From Lama guanicoe (lineage: Eukaryota), in NCBI GenBank assembly GCA_013239625.1, contig MU054212.1:8251412-8315411 (forward strand): DNA of 64,000 bases, given 5' to 3'. Shown piece by piece: positions 28,706 through 40,809 of this stretch (position 1 is the stretch's first letter; each line of letters starts with the position of its first letter). The translations under genes were made by a program, and so were the position numbers. The notes under the pieces were generated by a model. It had not been told where the DNA came from. It saw nothing but the letters and a program-made list of their open reading frames with translations, and did no database searches.

Positions 28706-28963
28706 CTTTTCTTTATTATTTAAATATTTGATGAATCCTTTAGATGTAGAAAATTCAAATTACTGTGTTCAAAAAGTGTTCAGTGTTAGTGGGAACAAGG
28801 AATTATGCTGCAGGCTCCCCTGGGATCCTACAAAAGCCGCCCTGCTTGATCTGGACAAGAGGTGGCAGCATGCTCCAGGAAAATGTCTCAAGCATCCTGT
28901 GTTTCTCCTGAGTATTTAGAACCGCCAAAGAACTGCAGACTGCAGGACTGTAGGACTCTGGGA

Positions 28964-29158
28964 TACAAAATAGATAAACAAGTTCATACCGTATAGCACA
29001 GGGAACTACATTCAATATCTTGTAGTAACTTACATGAAAAAGAATATGAAAACAAATATATGTTCATGTATGACTGAAGCATTATGCTGTACACCAGAAA
29101 TTGACACAACATTGCAAACTGACTATACTTCAGTAAAAATATACATATTCAAAAAAAA
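28964..29158 (+). mobile_element. Lineage-specific L1 3' tail
   Basis: gtatagcacagggaactacattcaatatcttgtagtaac..tgctgtacaccagaaattgacacaacattgcaaactgactatacttca plus A-tail. Confidence 0.85.
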
Positions 29159-29729
29159 TTTAGCTAATCTATTGGTTCCAACCAAACTGCATTTCCAAAG
29201 CAGTAGAGGTCGTAGTACGTTTCAATCATTTTACAGCTAGATCCAGTGTCACCACTGTTGCTCATTACCACCTGCTGGTTAATTCACAACAGGCATAATA
29301 CAACACCACACAGCAAGGTCTCGGCTAAACCAGAGAGGAGAGAGGAAAAGGAATAGAGGAGCTCGGGAATATAAGAAATTGAAAACTCCTTGAGTATTCT
29401 GGAACAACTCTCATACGCACCTTCAATGACCTTTCAGTCTCATAAACATGATTAATATGTGATATGTTTTTACTATCTATAATACTAACCCTTTATATAT
29501 AACTATATTATTAACATAGATACTAACAATAATAATAATAATACGATCAAATAACTGCAAAAACCAGTGATGATTTTAAGGCTGATTAGTTTACTCATTC
29601 TTTGAATAAAGTATACAATTCAGTAAAAATAGAAGAATTTATCCCATGGCCTAGGTATCAAAGTAGCTCTTCTGCCCCTTTTCCATTTGCCCATTTCTGT
29701 CCCCCAATAACCTTATAAGCACCTAATTA

Positions 29730-30199
29730 TAGGAATGAGATCACTAAGCAATTGAAACTAACTCCTGACGTCCACTCTCCTGAACGCACACCATGCCTTG
29801 TCTAACCTGTTGGTTCTTCTTCCTTGATGAAAAGAAGAATGAAGAATTAAGCAGTTAAAGAATGATCAGCTCTCCACCCCCAACAGCCCCCTTAGCCATC
29901 CTGCAGGCAGATCATGGGGCAAGATAACTGAAGAGAGAGTGAGTCAGTTTGCACACAATGGAGAAGGATGCAGAACCCGCCTCCTGCCTCCATGATTCAC
30001 TCAGATTCTTCCCCCAATTTTTCCCTTTAAAAACCGTCACAGCTGAGCAGAATCTTCAGAGATGGTCTTTGGACATGAGTCTACCATTTCCCCCGATGGC
30101 CAGCTCCTCTGATTGAAGCACCTTTCCTTTCTACTGATCCTTGCCTCTCAAATAATTGGCTTTTGAGCGGCGAGCAGCCAAGCCTGAATTCGGTAAACA
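29730..30199 (+). mobile_element. ERV1-like solo LTR
   Basis: TATA-like ccctttaaaaa followed by R/U5-like sequence ending ttggcttttgagcggcgagcagccaagcctgaattcggtaaaca; 5' boundary uncertain. Confidence 0.55.
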
Positions 30200-33100
30200 G
30201 GTACTTCTGTTTGACTGACTTTCATGGGCAAGTTAGACTAAAAAAGATAAACAATTTCTTAAGTTTATTTTATTTGGTTAGATTCAGTCATTAGCAGACT
30301 CTGTTCACTTGTGTATTTTCCTAATTTTATTTTATTCTGCCATGTCATCATGCTTACCTACATAAACTGTTAATTCATAGCATTTGCTTGCCTTGCATTT
30401 AAAGATTTAAGAGATCCTGACATGCTCTCTGTATAAAGGGTTATTATTTGAGTTCCTAGTTTCCTAGGAGACTGAGAGATCAGTTGCTATTTAAACACAA
30501 AACTAAACTGACTAGACTTGCTTAACTGCAAAATTGACTTGAGACCTGCTTAAAATCATATAAGGGAATAGCTACTAAGCCTAGAAATGTGTCAGGTATG
30601 AGTCAGGTTATGACCTTGAATTTTAAATGAAACTTGGAGACTGACGTAGGACCGTCTCAGCAAGGTGTCACTGTGGGCTCTATGGTAGCACGACATCGAA
30701 AGAAGTACACTCACTCAACATCACTCCAGGGCTCCTACACAGCTGACTGAGTCAATGCGTGCAGGACCAACTGTCAGATCTTTCTGCACCCCACCTGTAT
30801 GCAAGCAGTCTAGGTATGTTAAATGTCAGTGATGAAGACAATGACAATGCTATTAGTTTGGTTAGCTAAGAAATCAAACAAAGGAAATTTACCATATAAA
30901 GAACTAAATGGTAAAAAAAGTAACTTTTAAGGATAGTTCCTTAAAAAAAGTACTTTTCATTTTAAAAAGAAATTAATAGGTATGCTCCAAGTGCTTAGCC
31001 AGATCCTAGGATTACAAGAGGAACAACTCAAACAGAGCTCTTCCTAGGGAGCCAAGGAAGGTTTCACAGGGAAAACAACCCATAAGCAAACCACCCTTGA
31101 AGGATGCTTAGGACTTATTCCAAAAGCAAAAAGGTTGTTAAAGAAAATCGTCAGGGCAAAGGCAAAATGCTGAACATAGTAGGATGAGGGAGATGGTGTA
31201 TCAGCTCTGGTGCCCAGGGACACAGGAGATAATAGCTACAGGTCAGAAGGAGGAAGATGCTGAATGGTGTGGTAAGGGTGTGCACCTTATATTCGGAGGG
31301 CACAGTAAGGCAGCAAAGACTTATAAATAGGACGGTGACATCATCAGATTCACGTTAAGACTCCGGCAGCGATCTGAAAGATGTACTCAGATAAGAGGGC
31401 AGGTGTGATTCAAGGAGATCAATTAAGAAGCTAGAAAGACAATAAACACTTGAAGTAAAACATTAAAAAGGAAAAGACAAATTTGAGTTATTTCAGATGA
31501 TAATTAAGTAGGACCAGAGTTTTCAAATGACCAATTTTTCCTAATCCCTTCCATTGGCCCTAAAATTTCTACTTAGCCATGATGCGTGAGGGCAAAAACT
31601 CAAGTTAGTAAGTATTCCATTATAATAATTCCATAATGTAACAACTAATAATTAATAAGTTCAAACCACTATTGGACACTTTTTGGTATTCTCTGACAAG
31701 AGAGCAGCAAAGGTACCTTCACAGGTGACCATGCCCTCTTACAGAAGCCATCAACAAAGAAAACATTCCTGGCTTTAATCATATCTTCCAGGAGGGAGAG
31801 AACACTAAAATTAAGCCGCCATAATTTCCCTTTCAAAGGACAATTCTGAAGGGATTTGTCAAAATAACCTACTGGGCTTGGCAACTAGCCAACCAGACAA
31901 TAAATACAGAAACCCAAAACCCAAGGGAACTAAATTTGGTCATATTTGCTTTTCTGTGGTCAAGTGGCTCAATTTCCCATTTAAAGGTAAAACCACTTGG
32001 ACATCTCTGCCACCATCAAACCACTAACCCCACCACTTTTTTTTTTCTATTCTAAATTCTTTTACATAATATGAACAGCAGACCTCTGGACAGCTAAGGA
32101 TTTCCCTCTCCAACATGAGCTCAGTGGGCTATGGCTTACAATTTCTGATTTTTTTTTCATTAATGAACTCATAATGCTTTTGTGACAAGGGAAAGAAAAG
32201 TCTTTATTGTTTAAATAGTTCATTCAAGTCACTCAGACAGGCCCTGGTTGACATTTTAGAGTAGAAATTACAGGAGATCTCTAAGGTCTAAAGGCACAAA
32301 AATGAGAGATTTCCATCGGTTTTAGTTTGCTCTGCATGCCCAGCAACTAAAACAGTTCCTGATCCATGTGGACATCTGGACATAAGTGTTCAACGAATGG
32401 ATCAGAATCCACATCTGAGTCTGAAGTCTACACTCTGTCTACTACATCCCAGTTTCCCAAAGTAATCTGATAATAAAAATCACTTGGGTTATATGTCAAA
32501 AATACAAATTCTTTGAACCCTCCTTAGGTGTTCTAACTGAAGGCCTAGTGAGGTGCATTTTTAACAAAGACGAAACAATTCTTAGCATTAGGCAGATCAA
32601 GACTTGCAGAAATAGTCCCTCTTCTAGCTTCCACACTCCTCATCAATCTCTCCTCCCCCAAATACCAACAAAACACATTCATTGAGCACTGTTCTAAATG
32701 TATTCCAACAACCTTAAGAAGTAGGTACTTTACCCCCATTTTTTAGAAAAGGAAATAGAGGCATAGAGAATTTAAGAAGCTTGCACAAGGTCAGAGAGCT
32801 AATAATTGAGAGAGCAGAGATTTGAACCCAGTCTCGCTCCGGAATCTGAATCTGGTAAACTTTACATTATTCTGAACATACCCACTTGTCCCATCCTCCC
32901 CAAAGTGCTGGCCCCAAATGTTCCCTTTGGGTAACATTTCCATTTCTGGTAGTGAGAGTCCACTCTGGTCAGTGTATACATGATCACAAACTTCAAACTG
33001 GTAGTTTATATATAAATAAAGGAAGTTCCACCAAAAGGTATTCAATTGGATCTTTTTAATATAACCAAAATCAATAGCCATTTATAAGGAAAGTGTTATT

Positions 33101-34079
33101 ACCTGTGGCAGTATATTCCCCATCATAAAAACATGATATAAAATAATGAATTTTTAAAAGTAAGACAAATCCAGAAAACATAAGCAAACTGGGTTGTACC
33201 TCCTGAAAAATGTTTTAAAAATAAAAACACATTTTGGCATTCGGAAGGCCCAGAAGTAATGTTGGGTAGTATATAAATTAGTCATTTACCGCCATGCGAT
33301 TAAAGAAATAAAACTTCTCAACAGATGCTGCCAAACATAAACCCAATGAGTATTCAGTACGTTCACTGTTCTGTAAAAAAATTTAATTAAAACCCAAATC
33401 TCCTTCTAGTAATGACTACTACAACAACAAAAGAATTTAGGCAAATAAGACAAGCTCATGGCAACCAAATTAGATTTTGAAACATGCCCAGCTTACCACA
33501 AATAATAGGTATAATGAAACGAGGCGTCTTAACACCCAAATCCTACAGCTTTAAAAAAGGAAAAAGAAAAGCTTTCCTTCCACACACTGCTTCCTACCCA
33601 CAAAATCATTAGAAAATATTTCATTCAGCTTCTTTAGCAGTTTTTTTTTTCCCCCTCAATCTTAGAATGTATCTTTCTTTGTTGAATCACCCCTAAGGGC
33701 AGAACACAGTCCTGGTGGAAGAGCCTTTGGAAGTGGCTGGCAGGATTAAGAGCAAGGATGAGATCTCTCTCTGGTTAATCCGTGAAGGGAGGGAAAAAAA
33801 AAAAGTAAAACCATAATACGCGTGTCTGTAGCTTTAACTCTGCTCCCAGCACGATAAATGCACCTCTTGAGCAACCTCCAGGGCTTGCTTTGGCACTGAG
33901 GCAAAGAGAAACAACTTGGTAAACAAAGCTTTTGTTTACGGTCTTGTGTACGACAAACAAGCATTGTTTCCTTCTGTTAATACGTCTATTATCTGTCTGT
34001 AAAAAAACACAAAGCTAAGCTGGTGATATAATGGGAACACTAACAGAACTTAATAGTGTAATAATTATTCTTGATATTC

Positions 34080-34449
34080 TGTAGTCATGATTCGGCATCC
34101 TGGAGTTACAGAACCATGCTAACGACCCAAGGTTTTTTACAGACACCTCCACCGTCAGGCGCTCGGAAAATCTATCACGAACCCTCCAACCACAGCATCA
34201 ACTGTGTGATCTGCTTTCCACTCAACAGGGGACATCCCCCCAGCTGCTTCCCAGCGCTACAGTAAAGATTTAGCCCCAGTTTTCTCTCTCCCTGCTTCTC
34301 CCTGTGAGTGACCCCTGTGGACCCGTGTGGCACTCCGTGCTTCCCATCCTCTGGGGAACTGTGAGTAAGAAACTCTTTCAAAGGCAGTTGTCTCTGTATC
34401 TGTCATCCTGCTACAGCTGATGAAAATACATCCTGAGTCAAAATAAACA
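34080..34449 (+). mobile_element. ERVL LTR (MER54/MER73/MER74 group)
   Basis: cctctggggaactgtgagtaagaaactctttcaaaggcagttgtctc closely parallels the MER74-like LTR at 61.6 kb. Confidence 0.55.
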
Positions 34450-34531
34450 AAGTATATTATTCAAAATTTTCCCTTCTGAATACTCTACTTCTTTGAATCT
34501 TTCAATTACTTACTATCACTCGTTTGGGCAC

Positions 34532-34897
34532 TGTTAAAAGGTCAACTGAAGTACAGGAAAATTTTGCAGAGTTTCTCTGAGCAAACATCAAAGCAAGCCA
34601 GGCAGCGCCAAACTGAAAACACCTAGGAGCGCCCAGCAGCGGGAGCTCAAGGAAAGGCCTTCCAGAGCACACGCGGAAGCAAAGCAAGGAAATCCTTGAC
34701 TGACCACAGCTTGGGTGGTGGCCTCATCTGAGAAAGCCTCGTTGGCTGTTTGTGATTAGCTGTTCTGAAGTTTCCATTTCTTTCCTTGAGGCATTTACGG
34801 GAATCAACTCTGGCTTAGGTTTTCATTTGCTTAGGTAGGCTGCCAAGGCCTTAGAGCCACCACCATCAAATGACCTCCTTGTTTAATTACTTTACCA
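34532..34897 (-). mobile_element. ERV1-like LTR fragment
   Basis: tgttaaaa start, gttggctgtttgtgattagctg, and end ctccttgtttaattactttacca; family uncertain. Confidence 0.4.
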
Positions 34898-35799
34898 GCA
34901 CCAGTGCTCCCTTGTGTATTCATATGCTAGTCATACAGGAGACAACAAGGAGAAAACAAAACCCCGGCCCTCATGGAGTTTATCCTCTAGGAGTTACACT
35001 TGTAAGTGAAGTGGAGGAGGCTAATCTATTATTTCATTTGAATCTCTCTCTTCTTACCAGGGTTTCACATATGCTAATGTTTAATACTATTCACTGAATG
35101 AGAAAATGATCCATTTTCCTCAAGCATCAGAACCACTTTATCTTGATTATCAAACAGTGGTTTACAGTTAAGTTTATCTCACTTGATAAAGACCACGAAG
35201 TACAGCACTGTTAAATGATACATAATTCAAGTAGCTGGACTTTATCCAATCAATAGCATTACTCACCAGTTTACAAACGAGTTAGTGGGTCCTCACAAGA
35301 CACCGCATCTACGGCTGCCTTGATCATAACTTGCCAACCTTCGGAACTGTAAGAAAGAAATTTATGTTGTTCATAAGCCACTGAGTCTACGATATTTCTG
35401 TTATAGCAAAATGGACTAGACACCATTAAGTGGAAACTGTTGGCTAAGGCTCTTAAGAGTAATCAGTTACTATCCCACTGGGAATTTAAACCAAGTCCTA
35501 GAAATTTGCTATAAACCTAAGCCAGATACCTCCTATATACCTCTTGTAACTAAGTCATTAATTTCTATTTTAAATAGCTTTTATAAGGAATAAGAATTTG
35601 AATTTTTTTCCCTAGTGTCTCTGTTTCTGACCAATTTAAGCCTATCACCTATAATCAGAGCACCTATTGAAGGAGATGCTACAAACCATCATTCCTCTAT
35701 CCCCTTTTTCTGTTTTTTTAACATAACCCTAATTTCATTCACCTTCCCCGGACTGTCTGTGTCTTTCAGGAGAGGCTGGGCCCTCCTCAGCCCTGGGAT

Positions 35800-36800
35800 A
35801 TGAATCTCAATTAGCCAAGCTTCCCTTGGAGGCCTCACCACCTCGTTAGTGCTAGGCATAGACAGCTGAGGCAATTTTAATTAATGAGCTATCCAGGAAA
35901 GTCTGCTGGGGGGGAAAGGTTTTCCTTAATCTTAAAAAGGAGCAGAATATAAGAGTGTTCCCTTCCCCTGCCTCTGGATATCGTCCTTGATCAGGACCTG
36001 AAATGGCCATTTTAGGACCATACTGGAAGCCAGACTGGAAAACAAGCCAACACATTTAAAGATGGCAGAGCAAAAAGAGGGAAGAGACCCGGTTCCCTGA
36101 TAATACTGTCAAGTCATTAAATTAACCAACCCTGAGGATGGCATTACTTCCACACCTAGCTATGCTGGATAACAAAAAGGCTTAAACAATAAGGACATTT
36201 AGTAAAGTTTTCTAGCACTGCAGTTAAGAGCATTTCTTCTCTCTCTCTCAATAATTCCATTTCTAATAGTAGGCTTCTCAATTTAGCAAGGTGTGGTAGA
36301 CTGAATGCAAGGATAACTGTCTAAATTTCTTACGTTCAAGCTGCTCCACCTATTAAAAGGTGGAGTCTATTTCAAAGCCCTTCCTATGAGTCTAGTCCTG
36401 CCAACAGAATACAGCAGAATACAATGACAGTTCCAGACCCAGGCCTTAAGAGAACAAGCATCTTCTCTTCCTCCTTCAATCTGTTGGAAACCAAGACCAT
36501 GTAGGAAAGCCTAGGCTAAACTGCCGAATGATGAGAGACTACATGGAGAGACACTTTATGCCGGAGAATCAAGGAACTCCAGTCCAAAGGCAGCATCAGG
36601 AACACAGCAATATGGCTGACATCATCTTGAAACTTCCAGTCCCGCTTTAGCCAAGTGGGCTGACACCACATAAAGTATGGCCAGCCATCTCTGCTAAGCC
36701 CTGCCTGAACTACTGACCACAGAATTGTGAGCAATAAGACACCTGCTGCTTTTAGTCACTAAGTATTGGAAGGGTTTGTGAGGAAGCAACAGCTGAAACA
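35800..36800 (+). mobile_element. Adjacent MaLR LTR remnants (MLT1J/K- and MLT1H-like)
   Basis: aagatggcagagca..ccggttccctgataa; tgtggtagactga..cccaggccttaagaga..ctgaccacagaattgtgagcaataa..ttttagtcactaagtattgg. Confidence 0.6.
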
Positions 36801-37559
36801 CAAGGTAGTGTTATTTGCTCTCTGGCTTTGTGAAATTGCCATAGTCCGTTCACAATGATGAATTATTTAGTGAGTCACTCTGAATGCTAATTAATATTTT
36901 TTCCCAAATATGTGTGTTTCAACTGTCCCAGCTCACAAAGGAGAATTTGTTCCCATTGATGTATCACCCTGTACCAACACTTACAAATTAATTAAGTACA
37001 AAAAGGGTGCGGGCGGGGGATATTTGCAACCTGCAACAAATGAGTTTATATCCTTAGGACGTAAAAACTTGTGGAAAATATAAAAGAAAAACTGTAACAC
37101 TTCAATTTAAAAAATGGGAAATGCCGTTTACTCGAAGAACCATAAATGTTCAATAAACATGTGATGGAAATACCTTAACCTCAAGCTAATTTAAAAGAAA
37201 TGCAAGTTAAAACAACATGAGGCGTCGTTTTTTATCTCCTAAATGGCCAAAGGAAAATTGAAACACTAAGGCTTAAGCTAGCCAGGTTCCAGTGAAAAAT
37301 GGGAAAATCTTGCATTAGAGGCGCAGTCTGGGAATCCAGAGTGTCCTCGAACCATGGTGACTTAGGGGTCTCTGGTCACGAGCTGCTTGACTTGGGCAGT
37401 GTCTACGGTTGCAAAATGGGCATAGTATATCTACCGCAGAGAGCTGCTGTGAAGCTCAAACGGTATGCACAGGGAAGAGCAATATAAGCGGTTGTTACTT
37501 TTCAGCCAGTTCAGCCACGCGTTCACTTCTGTCCGACGTACTGGAAACGCACAGGAGTT

Positions 37560-38200
37560 ACAGGAAAATCCGAATTCTCCTCTAGAAAACTGGAGGCGAG
37601 ATGCATCGGGAGGGACGGGACACCAAGTACTGTGCTCGGCGGCGGGAGAAAGCCAAAGCAGGAGGCGGCAGAGGCAGGGAGCGTTGCCCTCGGGGAGGGG
37701 CGGCGTCTCCCAGAGACCCCCGCCTCTAGCGCACCCTCACCGGGGCGCCTACGCTCCGCAGGGCCCGCCGCCACCGCGGGAAGGCGGTGGGAAGATCCGG
37801 ATTCGCGAGCTGATTGGCTGCCTCTGAGCATGGGGCGGGGCCGACGGGGGCTCGCGAGGGCGTGCGAGCGGAAGGCCGCGGGCGCGCACTTCCGGCCTTT
37901 GTGGCTCGCGGCTCCGGGACCCCGGCTTGCTCCCTGGCCGCTTTCGAGCTTTGCGGTGAGGGACGCGGGGCCCAAGGCACAGGGAGGGCAGGGAGGGCGC
38001 GCGGCCCGGTCGGCGGGCGCGGGGTGGAGGAGCCCCGCTGCTCGGCCTGCCGGCCCCCGAGTAGCACTTCTTGTCCGGGCGGCGTCTCCGAGCGTCTTGC
38101 AGACGCAGAGGAGGCCAACCCGCAAGCCCCTGCTTTCCAGCGGCCAGTGCAGTTATTCCCCCACCCCGTGACTTCGTAGATGCCGTGACTTAACCGTGAT
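37560..38200 (+). promoter_or_regulatory. ZNF397: CpG-island promoter of ZNF397 with non-coding exon 1
   Basis: Very GC/CpG-rich; inverted CCAAT 37813-37817, GC box GGGGCGGGG 37832-37840, TCGCGA at 37803 and 37852, ETS ACTTCCGG 37888-37895; candidate exon-1 donor GCG|gtgagg at 37955/37956. Confidence 0.85.
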
Positions 38201-38626
38201 GTGAAAATAGAAAGGCTCGTGCAGCAGGGCTCGTTAATAAACCACACATTTGTAGGCTAAATATTCTGATCTCTAAAGTTAACTGTAGTGTTGGGGTAAA
38301 TTATACTGATCGATCCGGCTAATTCAAGGGCATACCCTTCTTTCGATATAATTAAACAAAATTAAAAAAAAAATTGTTGCCACTTTTCACTTTTAAAAAG
38401 GTTTACTTCCGTATATTCTAAGCTTTTTGAGAGTTGAGATTAACCTTTTTGCTGCTTTTGTGTGTCTATAATATCTGACATGTTTCTGAGCACATGGTAA
38501 CCTAATACTTGGTTAATTTCATTGGTAGGCTTATTTATTCACGAGCGAAAACCTTTGTATCCGGAATATCCCACTCAGGACAAAGCCCATAATAAGTGCC
38601 TGTGTTTGTTTAAGTACATTATAGGA

Positions 38627-38716
38627 GGGGGAGGGTAAATAGCTCAGTGGTAGAGCGCATGATTAGCACGTACGAGGTCCTGCGTTCAATCCCCAGTACC
38701 ACCATTTTTTAAAAAA
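38627..38716 (+). mobile_element. tRNA-Ala-derived SINE (short form)
   Basis: gggggagggtaaatagctcagtggtagagcgcatgattagcacgtacgaggtcctgcgttcaatccccagtaccacca. Confidence 0.9.
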
Positions 38717-38776
38717 TGCATTAAATACTAAATTTGACCGAATATCCAACATTTTAATTTAAATCAACTCATGTTT

Positions 38777-38858
38777 TTGTTTTGTTTTTTGTGGCGGTAC
38801 TGGGGATTGACCCAGGACCTTATGCATGTGCTCTACCACTGAGCTATACCCACCCCCC
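38777..38858 (-). mobile_element. tRNA-Ala-derived SINE with internal deletion and perfect 17-bp TSD
   Basis: TSD taaatcaactcatgttt at 38760-38776 and 38859-38875; body rc ggggggtgggtatagctcagtggtagagcacatgcataaggtcctgggtcaatccccagtaccgcca. Confidence 0.92.
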
Positions 38859-39472
38859 TAAATCAACTCATGTTTAATGTGGATTTTTTTTAATGCTTTA
38901 TTACCACCTCAAATGAAGAACATTATTTGCCATAGGTAGGAGGTAACTAAAAATGTTTAAAAATCAGCATATCAAATCCTAGCTAGTTACCTATGGAATT
39001 CTGAAGACTATGCTTTATTAAAAAGGGAATTCCTAAAGTTTTATGGACAATGTTAAAGAGACAGACAATTTTCCTTAATGCGATCAGGATTGAAAGAATT
39101 GAAAAGGAGATTTCTCAATCTCTAGTTCATGTTAGTTTTGCATTCTTTTGCCAAACAAATTATCTAAAATAATTTCTCATAGCATAAAAGTGGTAGGAAT
39201 TCTACAAAATGGGAGACAATGAGGTGAGTGATTTTCAGTTTGTCAGTTGGTTATCAATTGACTATTACTTAGTTACAGTCTCAAACCTAACCCCTTTCAA
39301 TGTGTTACTTGGATAACTGATCTTTATTATTGTAAATTCTTAAAGACTTTTTTCATTGCTAGAAGTTAACAGTGCTTTTATATCCTTCAGGAAAGAAGAG
39401 ATTACTCAAAGAAACTCTGGAGTACAGTGCCCAGTTGTAGTGAGCTTTTTGCTGAGGCCGTTTCAGCCCAGA

Positions 39473-39886
39473 ATGGCTGTGGAATCCAGAGCAGTTTCAA
39501 CCCCAGTACCTCAGAATCCTCAGGAACAAGAACTGATATTAGTGAAAGTAGAAGAAAGCCTTTCTTGGGGTCAGAAATTGAAGCAGAATGGGAGTACCCG
39601 ATCCTGCCAAGAACTGTTTCGCCAGCAGTTCAGAAAGTTTTGCTACCAGGAGACACCTGGGCCCCGGGAGGCTCTGGGCCGACTCCAGGAGCTCTGCTAT
39701 CAGTGGCTCATGCCGGAGGTGCACACGAAGGAGCAGATCCTGGAGCTGCTGGTGCTGGAGCAGTTCCTGAGCATCCTGCCTGAGGAGCTGCAGGTCTGGG
39801 TTCAGCAACATAGTCCAAAAAGTGGCGAGGAAGCTGTGACTCTGTTGGAGGATTTGGAGAGGGAATTTGATGACCCAGGGCAGCAG
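39473..39886 (+). CDS. ZNF397: ZNF397 coding exon 1, SCAN domain (138 aa)
   Basis: [108 protein letters not shown] matches recalled human ZNF397; acceptor tccttcag|39391, donor CAG|gtggga. Confidence 0.96.
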
Positions 39887-40154
39887 GTGGGAACGGGGAG
39901 ATGTGTTGTGGGGAAAGGAATTTACAGACTGGAGCATGTGGCATCATCATAAGAGTAGGATGAGAATTTGTTTGTCTCTACTGAACCATAACCCTGAAGT
40001 GACTACTGGGGCCATGCCTGACTCTATCCTTGAATAGTTCTTTTGTTCCTGTCCCTCATCCCTGGAGCTGTCTTGCAGACCTCTTGGAGATTTTTTACTA
40101 AGCATTTTCCCTAGGGATTTTCTCACATAGCTAACCGTATTTTACTGATTTCAG

Positions 40155-40296
40155 GTCCCCACTAGTCCACAGGGACCAGCAGTGCCATGGAAGGATTTGA
40201 CCCGTCTTGGAGCATCCCAGGAGTTAACAGGCATCCAGTTCCAGCCTTTAAAGACACAGCTGAAACCCTGGGAACCTTGCCTTTCCCCCCAAAGTG
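40155..40296 (+). CDS. ZNF397: ZNF397 coding exon 2 (linker)
   Basis: ttcag|GTC; translates VPTSPQGPAVPWKDLTRLGASQELTGIQFQPLKTQLKPWEPCLSPQS plus 1 nt; donor G|gtaaga; 142 nt, phase 0 to phase 1. Confidence 0.93.
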
Positions 40297-40809
40297 GTAA
40301 GAAATAGAAACTCACCTGGGAGCTGTCATCTGGACTGTGGTTTTGAGGATACAGAATTAACTGCGTTTTACAACATGCAATGTGCGAGCCTCACCTTCAT
40401 TATTCTAACAGAGGTGCTCACTTTTGCAGCCTTGTGTTCAGTAATCCTGATGAATTGTAGCCAGCCCTCCTTGTGTCATTTATTCACTAATTCCTTCATT
40501 ACATAACTTAACGGGGCTAATACATGTCATACTGTGGTAGGCACCGGGTCTCAATCTTTAAGAATTTTCCCATCCACATGGGGCAGTGAACAAGTGAAAA
40601 GGCAATGATAATACAGTGTTGCGTAGTCAGTTATGGAATAAAAGTAGGTGCTGGTTACTGTAGGGGCACATATAAAGGCACCTAACTCAACCTGAGAGGT
40701 TCAAGGAATACTTCCTGGAGGAAGAGACCTCTAAACTGAGACTTGAACTGTGGGTAAAAGAAAGCCAGGTAAATCGGTGGGAGGAGGAGTTTCTAAGCTA
40801 AAGGGAAAA

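Noticed and set aside
1..37500. Dozens of 60-140 aa ORFs in the left arm; also looked for exons of a neighbouring gene such as MAPRE2
   Set aside because: No recognisable domains and no consistent spliced chain; many overlap repeats; lengths are as expected by chance
37465..38247. Overlapping 120-200 aa ORFs on both strands (similar ones at 62714-63601)
   Set aside because: Ala/Arg/Gly/Pro-rich products of stop-poor CpG-island sequence, not coding
39356..39472. N-terminal extensions in the ORF track (also 43488-43545 and 51236-51260)
   Set aside because: They start at non-ATG codons in introns or 5'UTR, upstream of the real ATG or splice acceptor
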